Part shown: piece by piece, positions 41,056 through 53,270 of the stretch
Layout: the number at the start of each line of letters is the position of its first letter
Position numbering within the stretch: position 1 is the first letter of the stretch
Source of the DNA: Macrostomum lignano
Lineage: Eukaryota
Direction: 5' to 3'
Assembly (NCBI GenBank): GCA_002269645.1
Contig: NIVC01000831.1
Location: 157,554 to 221,553 of the forward strand
Length of the DNA: 64,000 bases
Notes under the pieces: generated by a model
Databases searched by the model: none
What the model was told of the DNA's origin: nothing
Seen by the model: only the letters and a program-made list of their open reading frames with translations
Position numbers and translations under genes: made by a program

Positions 41056-41644
41056 GCGGCCGGCAGCGCTGGAACTGGTTTAGGACTTGAGAGTGGAACG
41101 AATCGCCAGAAAGAAGAGAGGAGAACGGAGAGTTTCTGCTTGGCTTGTTCCTGCCAGCGACTCAGGGCTGATTGCCTGGTTGAGACCGGGCCGGTTGCCT
41201 TCCCTCCTGCCTCCCTGAGCCGGGCTACTAAGATTTTAATCTCTGGATTATCTCCCTTCCGCTTCCCCGTCCTGCACGGCGGGTGATCAGGTCTCTGGGG
41301 AAATCCATTCTGAAACTGTCCCGGCGGTTGGGGGAGGGGAGAGTCTGGGGCAGTTTGTCCCAAATCTGTGCGACGCGGGAATGCGACGCCGAAGTCGGGA
41401 GCACGCACGATCGAGCAATACCCCCCCCCCCCTACCCCCGATAATAGGCATTTTCTTTTAACACGAAACTCCACTGCAGTGGCACTGATTACTTGTGCTA
41501 ATGCAATTTTTTTAGTCAGAAGGCAAGAGAAAAAATAGGATTAATCCTCTCTTCTGCTTTTTGGTGAATTAATTTTCAAATTTTGATAGATAGATAGATA
41601 GGCTAGATTGAGTTTAATACGCTTAACATTTCTCTGTATCCCTG

Positions 41645-42145
41645 TAGTTCAGGGTTCAGGATTCAGGATTCATGATTCAGTATTCGGGATTCAGGATTCG
41701 GGATTCAGGATTCGGGATTCGGGATTTGGGATTCAGGATTCAGGATTCGGGATTCAGGATTCGGGATTCAGGATTCGGGATTCAGGATTTGGGATTCAGG
41801 ATTCAGGATTCGGGATTCAGGGTTCAGGATTCAGAATTTAGAATTCAGGATTCGGGATTCAGGGTTCAGGGTTCAGGATTCAGGGTTCAGGGTTCAGGGT
41901 TCAGGATTCAGGATTCAGGATTCAGGGTTCAGGATTCAGGGTTCAGGGTTCAGGGTTCAGGATTCAGGATTCAGGATTCAGGGTTCAGGATTCAGGGTTC
42001 AGGATTTAGGGTTCAGGATTCAGGGTTCAGGATTCAGGGTTCAGGATTCAGGGTTCAGGATTTAGGGTTCAGGATTCAGGGTTCAGGATTCAGGGTTCAG
42101 GATTCAGGGTTCAGGATTCAGGGTTCAGGATTCAGGGTTCAGGAT
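41645..42145. repeat. 7-bp-unit satellite (ggattca/ggattcg/gggttca)
   Basis: Tandem array; a second array lies at 42858-43235. Confidence 0.92.
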
Positions 42146-42857
42146 GTGTGAAAGCTCCAAACCCAGAATATTGTTTGCAAGCTGCCGCTGCTAACAGAGA
42201 AAGGGCTGAAGGTTGACTGAGAGAACAGGAGAACTCATTATGTCACGTCGCCGCCCCGGCTATGCGGTGCCCAGAAAAAAGGCGGGTTGCAGCAAAAAAA
42301 AACAGCTCAGGGGTTTGGGTAGCCATGCGGGAATATTGAGTCAAGCCGTAGCCTCAGATCTTTGAGACCGCACCGCGCGCTGCAACCCCAAAATTGCCAG
42401 CCACAGTCCCTTCCCGCACCCCCAGTGAGTCAATAAAGTTAATTGATTGAGCATAGTCAGTGAGCTATTCCCGCAGTTCTCTTACCACCCCGACTCCGAT
42501 AGCTCCCTAGCCCTCAGCTCAGCTCAGTTGCTAAGTTTACAGTCAGCTGACTGTCGGTGCTCCCTGCTCCCAGCTTACTCACAGGTCACAGCGCAGGCCG
42601 GAGAGAGGAGGAGACAAATGATGCAGGTGCCCGCTATTCTCCCTTGCTCTGTCTTTCATGTATATTTATCTCCAGAGACGACTCAGCACACGCTGAGTGT
42701 ACATGCCTGATGAGTCTCAGGCTCAGGAGTCAGCGGGACGGGCAGAAGGGCCGTTAGCTCCGGTTGTGGGACGGTATTAAGAAGGCGTTGCGCCAGGGTG
42801 TCCGCAGCCCTCGTCCGAATTTTAATTTTTGGGGTCGTGTCGGGATTAAAAACTTGA

Positions 42858-43235
42858 GGTTCAGGATTCAGGATTCGGGATTCAGGATTCGGGATTCGGG
42901 ATTCAGGATTCGGGATTCAGGATTCGGGATTCGGGATTCAGGATTCGGGATTCAAGATTCGGGATTCAAGATTCGGGATTCAGGATTCGGGATTCGGGAT
43001 TCAGGATTCAAGATTCAGGATTCAGGATTCGGGATTCAGGATTCGGGATTCAGGATTCGGGATTCAGGATTCGGGATTCAGGATTCGGGATTCAGGATTC
43101 GGGATTCAGGATTTGGGATTCAGGATTCGGAATTTGGGACTCAGGATTCGGGATTCAGGATTCGGGATTCAGGATTCGGGATTCAGGATTCGGGATTCAG
43201 GATTCGGGATTCAGGATTCGGGATTCAGGATTTGG
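42858..43235. repeat. 7/14-bp-unit satellite (caggattcgggatt)
   Basis: Tandem array. Confidence 0.92.
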
Positions 43236-44079
43236 GATGCGAGATACGAGCTACGTTACTGGGAATTCGGGACTCAATCACCAGCATCATCCAGTCAGCA
43301 AGTCTGCCTAATTCGGGTTGGATGGCAGCTGGGATTAATTGCGAGGCTTCATCTCAACCCTATCAAGTCAGTCTTTATTCAGTTGTTGCGTGCCTTCGCA
43401 AGCGAGCCGAAGCAAGCAGACGATCTCTTTGATGCCTTCTTTTGACGTTAGAAGTCCGCGGCCTCCCCCCTTTTTGCTTGCATGTTTTGTGGCTTTGAAA
43501 ACTGGAGCTCAAATTCGAGTTCGGCTCTTCGGAGGAGTTATCCTTGACGCAGTTAAGCCTGGAGATTCTGTGTGCTTCGCCTCACTCGATCTCTTTGTCT
43601 CTCTGCTCTGTCTTTGCTCTGATGATGGATACAAATCCGCCTTTTTGATCGGCGACCTTGAATCGAACTTTGCATGGAAACTCGCACACTCGTTGATATA
43701 ATTCAAATTCCTAAAATCCTCTATCGAGTACAAAAATTTATTGCCGGATATGTGCTGCAATAAAAATCTTGACGATCTAAAACTGGCATATTATGACAGA
43801 TGTATGTTATATGTGCGCGAATATAGAAGTGGAAAGAGAGCCCGCGTGTGCCAGGCATATGGCTTGGTTGCTAGCCTGACCTCAGTTGACCTCAACTATG
43901 GTTGAAGCTAACAAGTTTAATAACCCTTACTGTGTCAGGCACTGTGGCCTCTATCAGGGCTCATTATATTTTCGCTCTGTGTAAGGTTTTACTGAGCACA
44001 TTTATCAATCAATGTAAAATTTATTTACAATAAAATTGTATTATTATTGGCAAGTTCATTCAAATTAAACTAAATGACT

Positions 44080-44790
44080 TTAGGGTCATTAGAAAGGCCA
44101 TATGACAGTGCAGTATTAGGGTCATTAGTAAGGCTATATGACACTGTAGTATTAGGGTCATTAGTAAGGCCATATGACAGTGCAGTATTGGAGTCATTAG
44201 TAAGGCCATATGACAGTGCAGTATTGGAGTCATTAGTAAGGCCATAGGACAGTGCAGTATTGGAGTCATTAGTAAGGCCATATGACAGTGCAGTATTAGG
44301 GTCATTAGAAAGGCCATATGACAGTGCAGTATTGGAGTCATTAGTAAGGCCATATGACAGTGTATACATTAGGGTCATTAGAAAGGCCATATGACAGTGT
44401 AGTATTAGGGTCATTAGAAAGGTCATGTGACAGTGCAGTATTAGGGTCATTAGAAAGGCCATATGACAGTGCAGTATTAGGGTCATTAGAAAGGTCATGT
44501 GACAGTGCAGTATTAGGGTCATTAGAAAGGCCATATGACAGTGCAGTATTAGGGTCATTAGAAAGGCCATATGACAGTGCAGTATTAGGGTCATTAGAAA
44601 GGTCATGTGACAATGCAGTATTAGGGTCATTAGTAGGGTCATTGACAGTGCAGTATTAGGGTCATTAGTAGGGTCATGTGACAGTGCAGTATTAGGGTCA
44701 TTAGTAGGGTCACTGACAGTGCAGTATTAGGGTCATTATTAGGGTCATTGACAGTGCAGTATTAGGGTCATTAGTAAGGCAGTATTAGGG
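44080..44790. repeat. 36-bp minisatellite (tattagggtcattagaaaggccatatgacagtgcag)
   Basis: Tandem array giving 12-aa periodic ORFs. Confidence 0.93.
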
Positions 44791-45039
44791 TCATTGCTTA
44801 TTTGAGTCATAATCCAAAATAAGGTTTATAATGACTAATATTAGTGTTCATAATTCCGTTGAAAATATTTTTTCCTAGTCTAATAGAAGTCATACAATAG
44901 CAATCATTTGGAAGGTTGGTAGTCACCTCTCAAAACTGTGTGAGCCGTCTCCTAAATTATTGATAAATTCTGGGGCTTAATCCATTAATGGCCATGCGTA
45001 TGATTAACCAAAAAACTTTTCTGAATTTGCCTCCGAGTT

Positions 45040-45425
45040 AACTCAGTTGAAAGGTCATAATAGAGTCAGTTAAAAGGTCATAAAAGAGTCGGTTAAAAGG
45101 TCATAATAGAGTCGGTTAAAAGGTCATAATAGAGTCGGTTAAAAGGTCATAATAGAGTCAGTTAAAAGGTCATAATAGAGTCAGTTAAAAGGTCATAATA
45201 GAGTCAGTTAAAAGGTCATAATAGAGTCAGTTAGAAGGTCATAGCAGAGAGTCAGTTAAAAGGTCATAATAGAGTCAGTTAAAAGGTCATAAAAGAGTCA
45301 GTTAAAAGGTCATAATAGAGTCAGTTAAAAGTCATAAATGAGTCAATTAAATTTCATAATCGAGTCAGCTAAAAGGTCATAGAGAGAGTCAGTTAAAGAT
45401 GGCAGATAAACATGCAGTTAAAAGG
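45040..45425. repeat. 23-bp minisatellite (aaaaggtcataatagagtcagtt)
   Basis: Tandem array. Confidence 0.9.
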
Positions 45426-45924
45426 TCACTTTAATGTTCACCCGCGACGCAATCGACCAGCACACTATGCATTGCATTACGAGTATGCTAGCTATAAGTG
45501 TGCAGCGGACGCCACTATAGCGGCTTAAATGTCGCGTTAAACTTAGCACTGCACAGAACCATTGCTATGCTAGTGGCATTTTCACCTCTCTGTCTCCATC
45601 TAAACAAGGTTTTTGAACAGGGCTACAAAGATAAGCGAATTAATTTGTTTATACTGGTAGGTTGTACCAGTGTTAGGGGGGTTCAGTGTGCCTACGGTAC
45701 GCGTGTGTCTTTTATCATATTTCATTTTTCCTTGCCTATAGCTAGTTCATTTCGGTAAACTGAAAAGGCGAACTGATTGAGAGGGATGAAAATGCGGTAT
45801 TATTGCAATGGGGTACAGAGTAGCGCATTGCAGATTATGTACGATATAAATAGATGGGAAAAGTGGAGCAGCCCGCGGAGGGAAGACAGAAGAGAGGTCG
45901 AGAATATAGAGAGGACAGAGAAGT

Positions 45925-46757
45925 AAGAGAGGTGAGAGAGGTGAGAGAGGTAAGAGAGGTGAGAGAGGTGAGAGAGGTGAGAGAGGTGAGAGGTGAGAGA
46001 GGTGAGAGAGGTGAGAGAGGTGAGAGAGGTGAGAGAGGTGAGAGAGGTGAGAGAGGTGAGATAGGTGAGAGAGGTGAGAGAGGTGAGAGCGGTGAGAGAG
46101 GTGAGAGAGGTGAGAGGTGAGAGAGGTGAGAGAGGTGTGAGAGGTGAGAGCGGTGAGAGAGGTGAGAGAGGTGAGAGAGGTAAGAGAGGTGAGAGAGGTG
46201 AGAGAGGTGAGAGAGGTGAGAGGTGAGAGAGGTGAGAGAGGTGAGAGAGGTGAGAGGTGAGAGAGGTGAGAGAGGTGAGAGGTGAGAGAGGTGAGAGAGG
46301 TGAGAGAGGTGAGAGAGGTGAGAGAGGTGAGAGGTAAGAGAGGTGAGAGAGGTGAGAGAGGTGAGAGAGGTGAGAGGTGAGAGAGGTGAGAGAGGTGAGA
46401 GAGGTGAGAGAGGTGAGAGAGGTGAGAGAGGTGAGAGGTGAGAGAGGTGAGAGAGGTGAGAGGTGAGAGAGATGAGAGAGGTGAGAGAGGTGAGAGAGGT
46501 GAGAGAGGTGAGAGGTAAGAGAGGTGAGAGAGGTGAGAGGTGAGAGAGGTGAGAGAGGTGAGAGAGGTGAGAGAGGTGAGAGAGGTGAGAGAGGTGAGAT
46601 AGGTGAGAGAGGTGAGAGAGGTGAGAGCGGTGAGAGAGGTGAGAGAGGTGAGAGGTGAGAGAGGTGAGAGAGGTGTGAGAGGTGAGAGCGGTGAGAGAGG
46701 TGAGAGAGGTGAGAGGTGAGAGAGGTGAGAGGTGAGAGAGGTGAGAGAGGTGAGAGA
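45925..46757. repeat. (GAGAGGTGA)n-type 7/9-bp satellite
   Basis: Direct inspection. Confidence 0.94.
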
Positions 46758-47090
46758 GCATGGTGTGTGTCGCATCATTTCGCAGTCATGCGAGGCGTTT
46801 TCCATCCAATCAATAGCGCAAGCAGACACCCCAGCTTGTTAGCATTCGATTGCAGTAAAGCAATACGAGTACAAAGTAACATGCAAGTAGCAAAGAAATT
46901 TTTTTTGAATATTTCAATCCAACAGACAAGTAGTGCTGTTCCACTCACTCTTAACTGCGCCTTATGTGGCGTCAATCCTGCGTACTGCGGTGGAAGAGGA
47001 GGGGTTTATTAGCGCAATAAATCTTTCGCTAGCGGTTGTACTTTGAATTTTTTCTGCCCACATGCAGTACTTGCGCACTAATAGAGCGGG

Positions 47091-47227
<137 letters not shown>

Positions 47228-47794
47228 GTGCCTCGCTCTGCCCATGGTCCCAGCAGTTCCGTCTGTCTCCGCGCGCAGGCAGGCAGACCGCTATGGCCTG
47301 CCGGCTCCAGCAGTTCAAAACGCAGCGCTACTCTCGTGCGGAGTAAACATAATAGAGGAAGAAGTCTCATTGGATTTATTCGTCTAAAACCCGCCAAACC
47401 CTGCGCCTAACAAATGAGGTCGCGAGTACATATGCACTAGATGTACTTTGTGGAGTTGAGAGCTCTACTCCTTTCCCTAGTAGATTTGACCGACAACCTA
47501 ATGCCCGCCTAATTAACATAATTAGGCCTGTCGATAATTGCATTTTACTTTAGTGAGGCCGCACGCAATCTGTCCAGTGCGAAACTTGCTAATTAAATCT
47601 GAGCATTTTCACCGGATAAATTTGGTACTGCAAGGCAGCTTGGGCGCAATCGAGGGGAATGGAAAACAGAGCTTTGGTTTCGGATTTAGTTTGCAGTCAT
47701 CTGCTGCCATACAGAAGTCAATTTTGATGTGCAGAAGTATATATGTACAACCTCTAATGTCGGCTTTTCTGGAGCCCTCTTTTTGGAGTCCTTT

Positions 47795-48170
47795 CATCTC
47801 TAGAGTTTGGCGCCCTTTTGAGTCTAGAGTTTGGCGCCCTTTCGTCTCTAGAGTTTCGCGCCCTTTCGTCTCTAGAGTTTGGCGCCGTTTCACCTCTAGA
47901 GTTTGGCGCCCTTTCGTCTCTAGAGTTTGGCGCCGTTTCACCTCTAGAGTTTGGCGCCCTTTCGTCTTTAGAGTTTGGCGCCCTTTTTCTTTATCGGCTT
48001 TTAAACAATTTTTTGGAGCCTTTCATCTCTAGAGTTTGGCGGACTTTTGTCTCTAGAGTTTGGAGCCCTTTCATCTCTAGAGTTTGGCGCCCTTTCACCT
48101 CTTGAATTTGGCGCTTTTTTCATAGAGTTTGGCACCCCCTTTGTGCCTAGGGTCTCTAGGTTTTGGCGCC
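47795..48170. repeat. 24-bp minisatellite (tctagagtttggcgccctttcgtc)
   Basis: Tandem array, degenerate toward its 3' end. Confidence 0.85.
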
Positions 48171-48457
48171 TATTTGTCCGCAGAGTTTCGCATCCCTTGT
48201 AGCTAGAGGGATAGACAGACAGAGAGACTAAGTGTAACGCAAGGTGTTTATTCTCAGTAATAAAAATGTTACGCAAAAACTCCGAGTAGACGGGTTGCGC
48301 ACAAGCCCAAAAAACTATGATTTATCCTAAATGTAGATTATATTTACTTTATGGAAGATTTAGGTAATTTATTCAAACTGCACTACTGCCCACTGCTACA
48401 GTAGTAGCAATATAAACATTTTATTGCAAAAAATCATTATTTAATTGACATTCACAG

Positions 48458-48663
48458 AGGATCTCTCAGCTTCTGCGGCGGCCGCCGCTGCCACCGTCGC
48501 CACCTCAAACGCCGCAGTCATCGTCGCCGTATCTGCGCCCGAGGCCCGCCGCGGCGGCAGCTGCGGCACCCCGGACTCGGGCTATGCCAGCCCGCCCAAC
48601 TGCAGCAATCAGACGGCCGCGGCCACCGAGACCTCGACAGGCAGCAGCGGCAGAAGCAGCTAG
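48458..48663 (+). CDS. MXD1: MXD-like, probable last exon
   Basis: ttcacag|AG acceptor is phase-compatible with 36412. Contains GTPDSGYAS, similar to the MXD C-terminal GSDEGYSS. Stop TAG 48661-48663. Confidence 0.72.
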
Positions 48664-48865
48664 TCAGCGAGTCAGTCGCTTCTGTTGTTTTCAAGACAGT
48701 TTTTGTCCCATTGAGGTTGAAGCTCGAATCTGGAGGTTCGAATATTTGCTTCGTTTTGTTTAGTTGTCTTCAGAATTTCGTATGCTTCTTGCTGTTTAAT
48801 AATACAGTTTGTTTGTTTGTGCTGAATTAGTAAGCCTGATCGCTTCTTATCTTTCATGATAGCGC

Positions 48866-49200
48866 TGGGATCTGAGATTCAAATTTGGGATCTGGGATTC
48901 AAATTTGGGATCTGGGATTCAAATTTGGGATCTGGATTCGAATTTGGGATCTGGAATTCAAATTTGGGATCTGGGATTCAAATTTGGGATCTGGGATTCA
49001 AAGTCGGGATCTGGGATTCAAATTTGGGATCTGTGATTCAAATTTGGGATCTGGGATTCAAATTTGGGATCTGGGATTCGAATTTGGGATTTGAGATTCA
49101 AATTTAGGATCTGGGATTCAAATTTGGGATCTGAGATTCAAATTTGGGATCTGGGATTCAAAGTCGGGATCTGGGATTTGAATATGGAATCTGAGATTCA
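48866..49200. repeat. 20-bp minisatellite (ctgggattcaaatttgggat)
   Basis: Tandem array downstream of the MXD stop codon. Confidence 0.9.
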
Positions 49201-50524
49201 AATATGGCACCTGGGCTTAAAACATCGAGTTTTGGTTTAAAACTTTGGACTAGGAGCTAAAATAGCTGGGATTCGGGATTTGGGATCTCGGACTTAAATT
49301 AAAAATCTGGCTACAAAAATCGGGATTTGAGTCTTGCAAATAGGATCTAGGACAATAAAGTGGGATCTGGAACTAAAATCTAATCTAATTTTCTAATGTA
49401 AAAAGATTTAATGTAATTAGAACCGATTGAAATGCACTACTGATGCCAGTAGTTGATATAGAGTTTAGCACTGTTTGCTTCGTTCTTATCTGTTCAATAT
49501 TTATTTGAGTGATTATAACGCTGTGTGTTTTATAAGCGGGCCCAGCGGAGCAGTATTTTTTTACGCTGTAATCTCAATTAAATGTCCACTGACGCAATGC
49601 ACCTAGGATTATAAACCTGGTTTGCTGACATAATTTATTACTTTGATAGATTAGCTCGCATGATCCTGTTATTATTGATTGGTTGATTGCCTGATTGAGA
49701 GTTTGAAAACCCGCTTTGCTGACCCGCAAAGTGACAACCTGTAGTTTCAGATTCCCGCCATTCTATTATTTTGCAATCTGTTATAAAATAATAATTTTGT
49801 CTTAAAATTCTGCACACAATCTTGCATCTCAAAATCTGTACTCAAATGCTGCACTGAAACCAGCGAACAGCCGCAGTCTCAGGAACTTCTCATTGAGCGG
49901 TTAAAAATGCTATCAAGGAGACGCCCTGCTTTTAAGTCACTCGCGGTGCCAATTTCTACCAGCATGTTGACGAGTTGGCAGTGACATTAAGCTGCACCCC
50001 ATATTCATTTACAGTGTATCAGGGTCTAAGACAACACAGAGATATTCTTTGTTATTTGCAAAGCTATTTTATTTCAACTTTCATCGCCCCCCTCCCCTTT
50101 TAACTGACTGTCGTGCTTGTAGCAATTTAGATTCTGTTGTGGTCGTGTTATGACGAACTTTTGGCCTGTTGAATTTCATAATTAAATATCTTTTATTACG
50201 TATTGACGGCACACCGAGTTCCATAGGGATCCTGAATCAACACTGTTTTTCTATTGGCAGATCATACTCTTGCGTGTTTCTATTTCTATCTGTCTAAATA
50301 TTTCAACCTATAGATTTACTTGTGTACAAAATATATAGTATAACAATAACAACAACAACACATCTTATGATATGCTACGATAATTATTGGCGTCACAAAA
50401 AACGCTAAGTTTGCAGAGGTTAATTAATCACTCTGAATTTATTTTTTTGTACTGGCTACTTCTGGTAAAGTGATTTAAGAATCAAGTTATTGTCGTTGTC
50501 AATATGATTAATGTCAATACAAGA

Positions 50525-51000
50525 GTTATAGCGTTCAGGGGCACTGGCGGCTGCAACAACGGGTCGATGTAATTGAAGTTATGAAGTCAAGCAGATGATG
50601 AAGGATGATGGTGAAGCAAAGTGGCAAGTGATGGCGCTGAGTACGGTGGTGGCGGTGAGTAGCAAGTAGACAAGTAGTGGCGTGATTGGGCGCTAGCCCG
50701 TGGCAGTACAAGGTGGAGCACGAATGCGTAAACAAGTCTGGCCCAGACAGGGTGGGGCCGTGGCGAGAGATGAAGGAGAAACGAACGAAGGCCAGAGGGA
50801 GAGCACGAAGGAAAGAGAGCGGAGCGAGCGAGCAAACCCCGAAGCCCGCCGCCAGGCGGGGTTAATAAAGGAGCGCAGGGAGGTAAGCATAATAAATGCG
50901 GAGAGTTTTCATTGGCTGGCGGGGGAAAAGCGAGAACTGAAATTATTGATCGCGCGAGACCCTACAGACGTACGCAAAGATTACCATGTACGCAATGATT
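50525..51000 (-). mobile_element. LTR-like non-coding unit, minus orientation
   Basis: On the minus strand, CCAAT, GC-box and AT-rich box precede a pyrimidine-rich leader, the same organisation as 52206-53197. No TSD or partner LTR was found. Confidence 0.3.
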
Positions 51001-51351
51001 AGCAATTGATACAGATTCGTTGGGCGCTACTACAAGTAAACGTGAGAATACACGATTGGAGAATATTAAATGAGAAATTGTAGTGAAATTGTAGTCCAAC
51101 GGCCCTTTTGCGGGACCACCTTAAACTGACAACGTCACACGGCCTAGGCAAGCAGGCTCAGGAAAGACGGTAGGGATTTGGGAAGCAAGGGAGGAGCCTT
51201 TTTGGGCGGCCCTATTTGGTATCGGTTTTTCCTCCCTCTCTGTGAGAGTCTATTCCAGACTTGCTAGGTTTAGAATTCCTTAGATCCAAGCAACTTTCAT
51301 CACAATTAAATATACTACAATATAACAATGAATAAGCAATAGGGCTTAAAT

Positions 51352-52050
51352 CAAGGACGACTTAAGTAGAAGGACGGGAAACCTCGTTTCTTAGAAAAGT
51401 TTTGAAGGCACTTTTTCCCGAAAAAAATACACTACGGAGATAGGAAGTTTTCATTTTTTCAGCACAAAAATTGTTATTGCGTTTGATATGAGGCAGATCC
51501 AGCGTTCGTCTTTTGATATGTTGTGCCTTTTTTATTGCTCTATCGATATTGATAAAGCTTTTCGTTCAGAAAATCAGGATTCTATGTTAATTTTTTATTC
51601 TACGTATATTTTCGCGTGTCTTGTGCTTGAAATACATTAGAATGCCACGGCTCGGCTCTTTGGTTTTATGAGTCTATTTTGTCATTCTTACCCGACTGTG
51701 TAGCAAATATTTGTAACAGAGATGATAAAATAGGTTCATAAAACCTAATATTGGAGCTGTGTCATGCATTTTTGTGATTTTTAGATACAGGAAAAATACG
51801 TAGAATAAAAAATTAACATAGAATCCTGATTTTCTGAACGAAAAGCTTTATAAATATCGATAGAGCAATAAAAAAGGCACAACATATCAAAAGATCAACA
51901 CTGGATCTGCCTCCTATCAAACGCAATAATAATTTTTGTGCTGAAAAAATGAAAACTTCCTATCTCCGTAGTGTATTTTTTCGGGAAAAAGTGCCTTCAA
52001 AACTTTTCTAAGAAACGAGGTTTCCCGTCCTTCTACTTAAGTCGTCCTTG
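51352..52050. mobile_element. fold-back MITE with ~260-bp TIRs and 8-bp TSD
   Basis: Ends caaggacgacttaag / cttaagtcgtccttg. Arms are near-identical inverted copies. TSD gcttaaat at 51344-51351 and 52051-52058. Confidence 0.9.
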
Positions 52051-52205
52051 GCTTAAATATGGTTGACTCGTCGATTATTGCTATTCATATTATAGATAGA
52101 TGTAATGTAGGCTATTAAAAGCGATAAAGGTCTGCTGGTTAAATTAATAATCATGAATAATTTCGTTTTAATATATTGCCACATTGCGCGGCATACAGAT
52201 TATAT

Positions 52206-53197
52206 TGTGGCAGGCGGGTTGCCACTGTTTTTTTATTACTTTCTGTTGACAATATTGTAGTGCATGCGCCCTTGTCAGTTGGCAGGGCGCGTTGCACTTT
52301 GGGGCTGGTTGGGGGGTTGGCGGGCGTGGCAGGGTTTGGCCGCCGGCCGGGCTTTGCGCGTGCCCCTCCCCAGCCGTGCCCCTGCCCCGTGCTCAGGGCT
52401 GGTTGGCTGCGGCCGGGCCAGCTTTGGCGCGGGTGCAGCCCCTCCCCCCTTAGGCGGGGTTTTGATTGGCTGGGCCGGCGTGGTTTGTTTTGGTGAGCTT
52501 AGCCGGTGGGGCCGTCTGCCCCAGGGTTTGGGTGCTATTTATGGTGCGACTCTGGCTCTTGCCCACCTCCTGCGTGCTTTTTGTGTTTTGGTGTGCTCCG
52601 AGAGTGCAAGCGCGAGACCTGATAAAAGAAACAGCAACATTAGCTACTTGGATAAAAGAAACAGCAACATTAGCTACTTCGATAAAAGAAACAGCAACAT
52701 TAGCTACTTCGATAAAAGAAACAGCAACATTAGCTACTTGGATAAAAGAAACAGCAACATTAGCTACTTCGATAAAAGAAACAGCAACATTAGCTACTTG
52801 GATAAAAGAAACAGCAACATTAGCTACTTCGATAAAAGAAACAGCAACATTAGCTACTTCGATAAAAGAAACAGCAACATTAGCTACTTCGATAAAAGAA
52901 ACAGCAACATTAGCTACTTGGATAAAAGAAACAGCAACATTAGCTACTTCGATAAAAGAAACAGCAACATTAGCTACTTCGATAAAAGAAACAGCAACAT
53001 TAGCTACTTCGATAAAAGAAACAGCAACATTAGCTACTTGGATAAAAGAAACAGCAACATTAGCTACTTCGATAAAAGAAACAGCAACATTAGCTACTTG
53101 GATAAAAGAAACACAATAGCCTAATCGAGAAGAGTCTTGGAGAATTAAGAAGAAGTCGGAAACTGCGCTTGAGACCTGCGAATAATAAACGGTGAAC
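52206..53197 (+). mobile_element. LTR-like unit (TG...CA) with GC box, ATTGG, TATTTAT, internal 30-bp array and AATAAA
   Basis: Starts tgtggcagg. ggcggggttttgattggc at ~52453-52470, tatttat at ~52536, aataaa at ~53183, ends ggtgaaca. No TSD or second LTR, so boundaries are inferred. Confidence 0.4.
52620..53112. repeat. 30-bp tandem array (gataaaagaaacagcaacattagctactt[g/c]), 16 full copies plus a partial
   Basis: Units are identical except for the last base. Confidence 0.97.
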
Positions 53198-53270
53198 AGT
53201 CATCTGGCCACTGGTAAGCCGCCTGCTGTTTGAGTCCTTTCTTTTCGGGAAGCTTGCTAGGCCGAATTCT

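Noticed and set aside
42705-42760. Hammerhead ribozyme core (CTGATGAG at ~42707)
   Set aside because: No downstream GAAA with a closing stem II was found.
47452-47481. Helitron 3' end (ggagt-tgagagctct-actcc hairpin then CTAG|T)
   Set aside because: Hairpin-to-CTAG spacing is short, there is no matching 5' TC end or second copy, and it could be chance.
50386-50408. Sixth copy of the bulged-A hairpin (gcgt-cacaaaaa-acgc)
   Set aside because: The loop is 8 nt, there is no bulged A or lower stem, and it is far from the array.
52620-53112. CRISPR-like array
   Set aside because: Units are contiguous with no unique spacers, the context is eukaryotic, and there are no cas genes.
52264-53124. 286-aa and 217-aa ORFs over the LTR-like unit
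   Set aside because: Length comes from the 30-bp array plus GC-rich promoter-like sequence, and there is no recognisable domain.
53198-53225. PBS after the putative LTR end at 53197
   Set aside because: tggccactgg and tggtaagccg do not match a tRNA 3' end I can recognise, and neither is adjacent to the CA.
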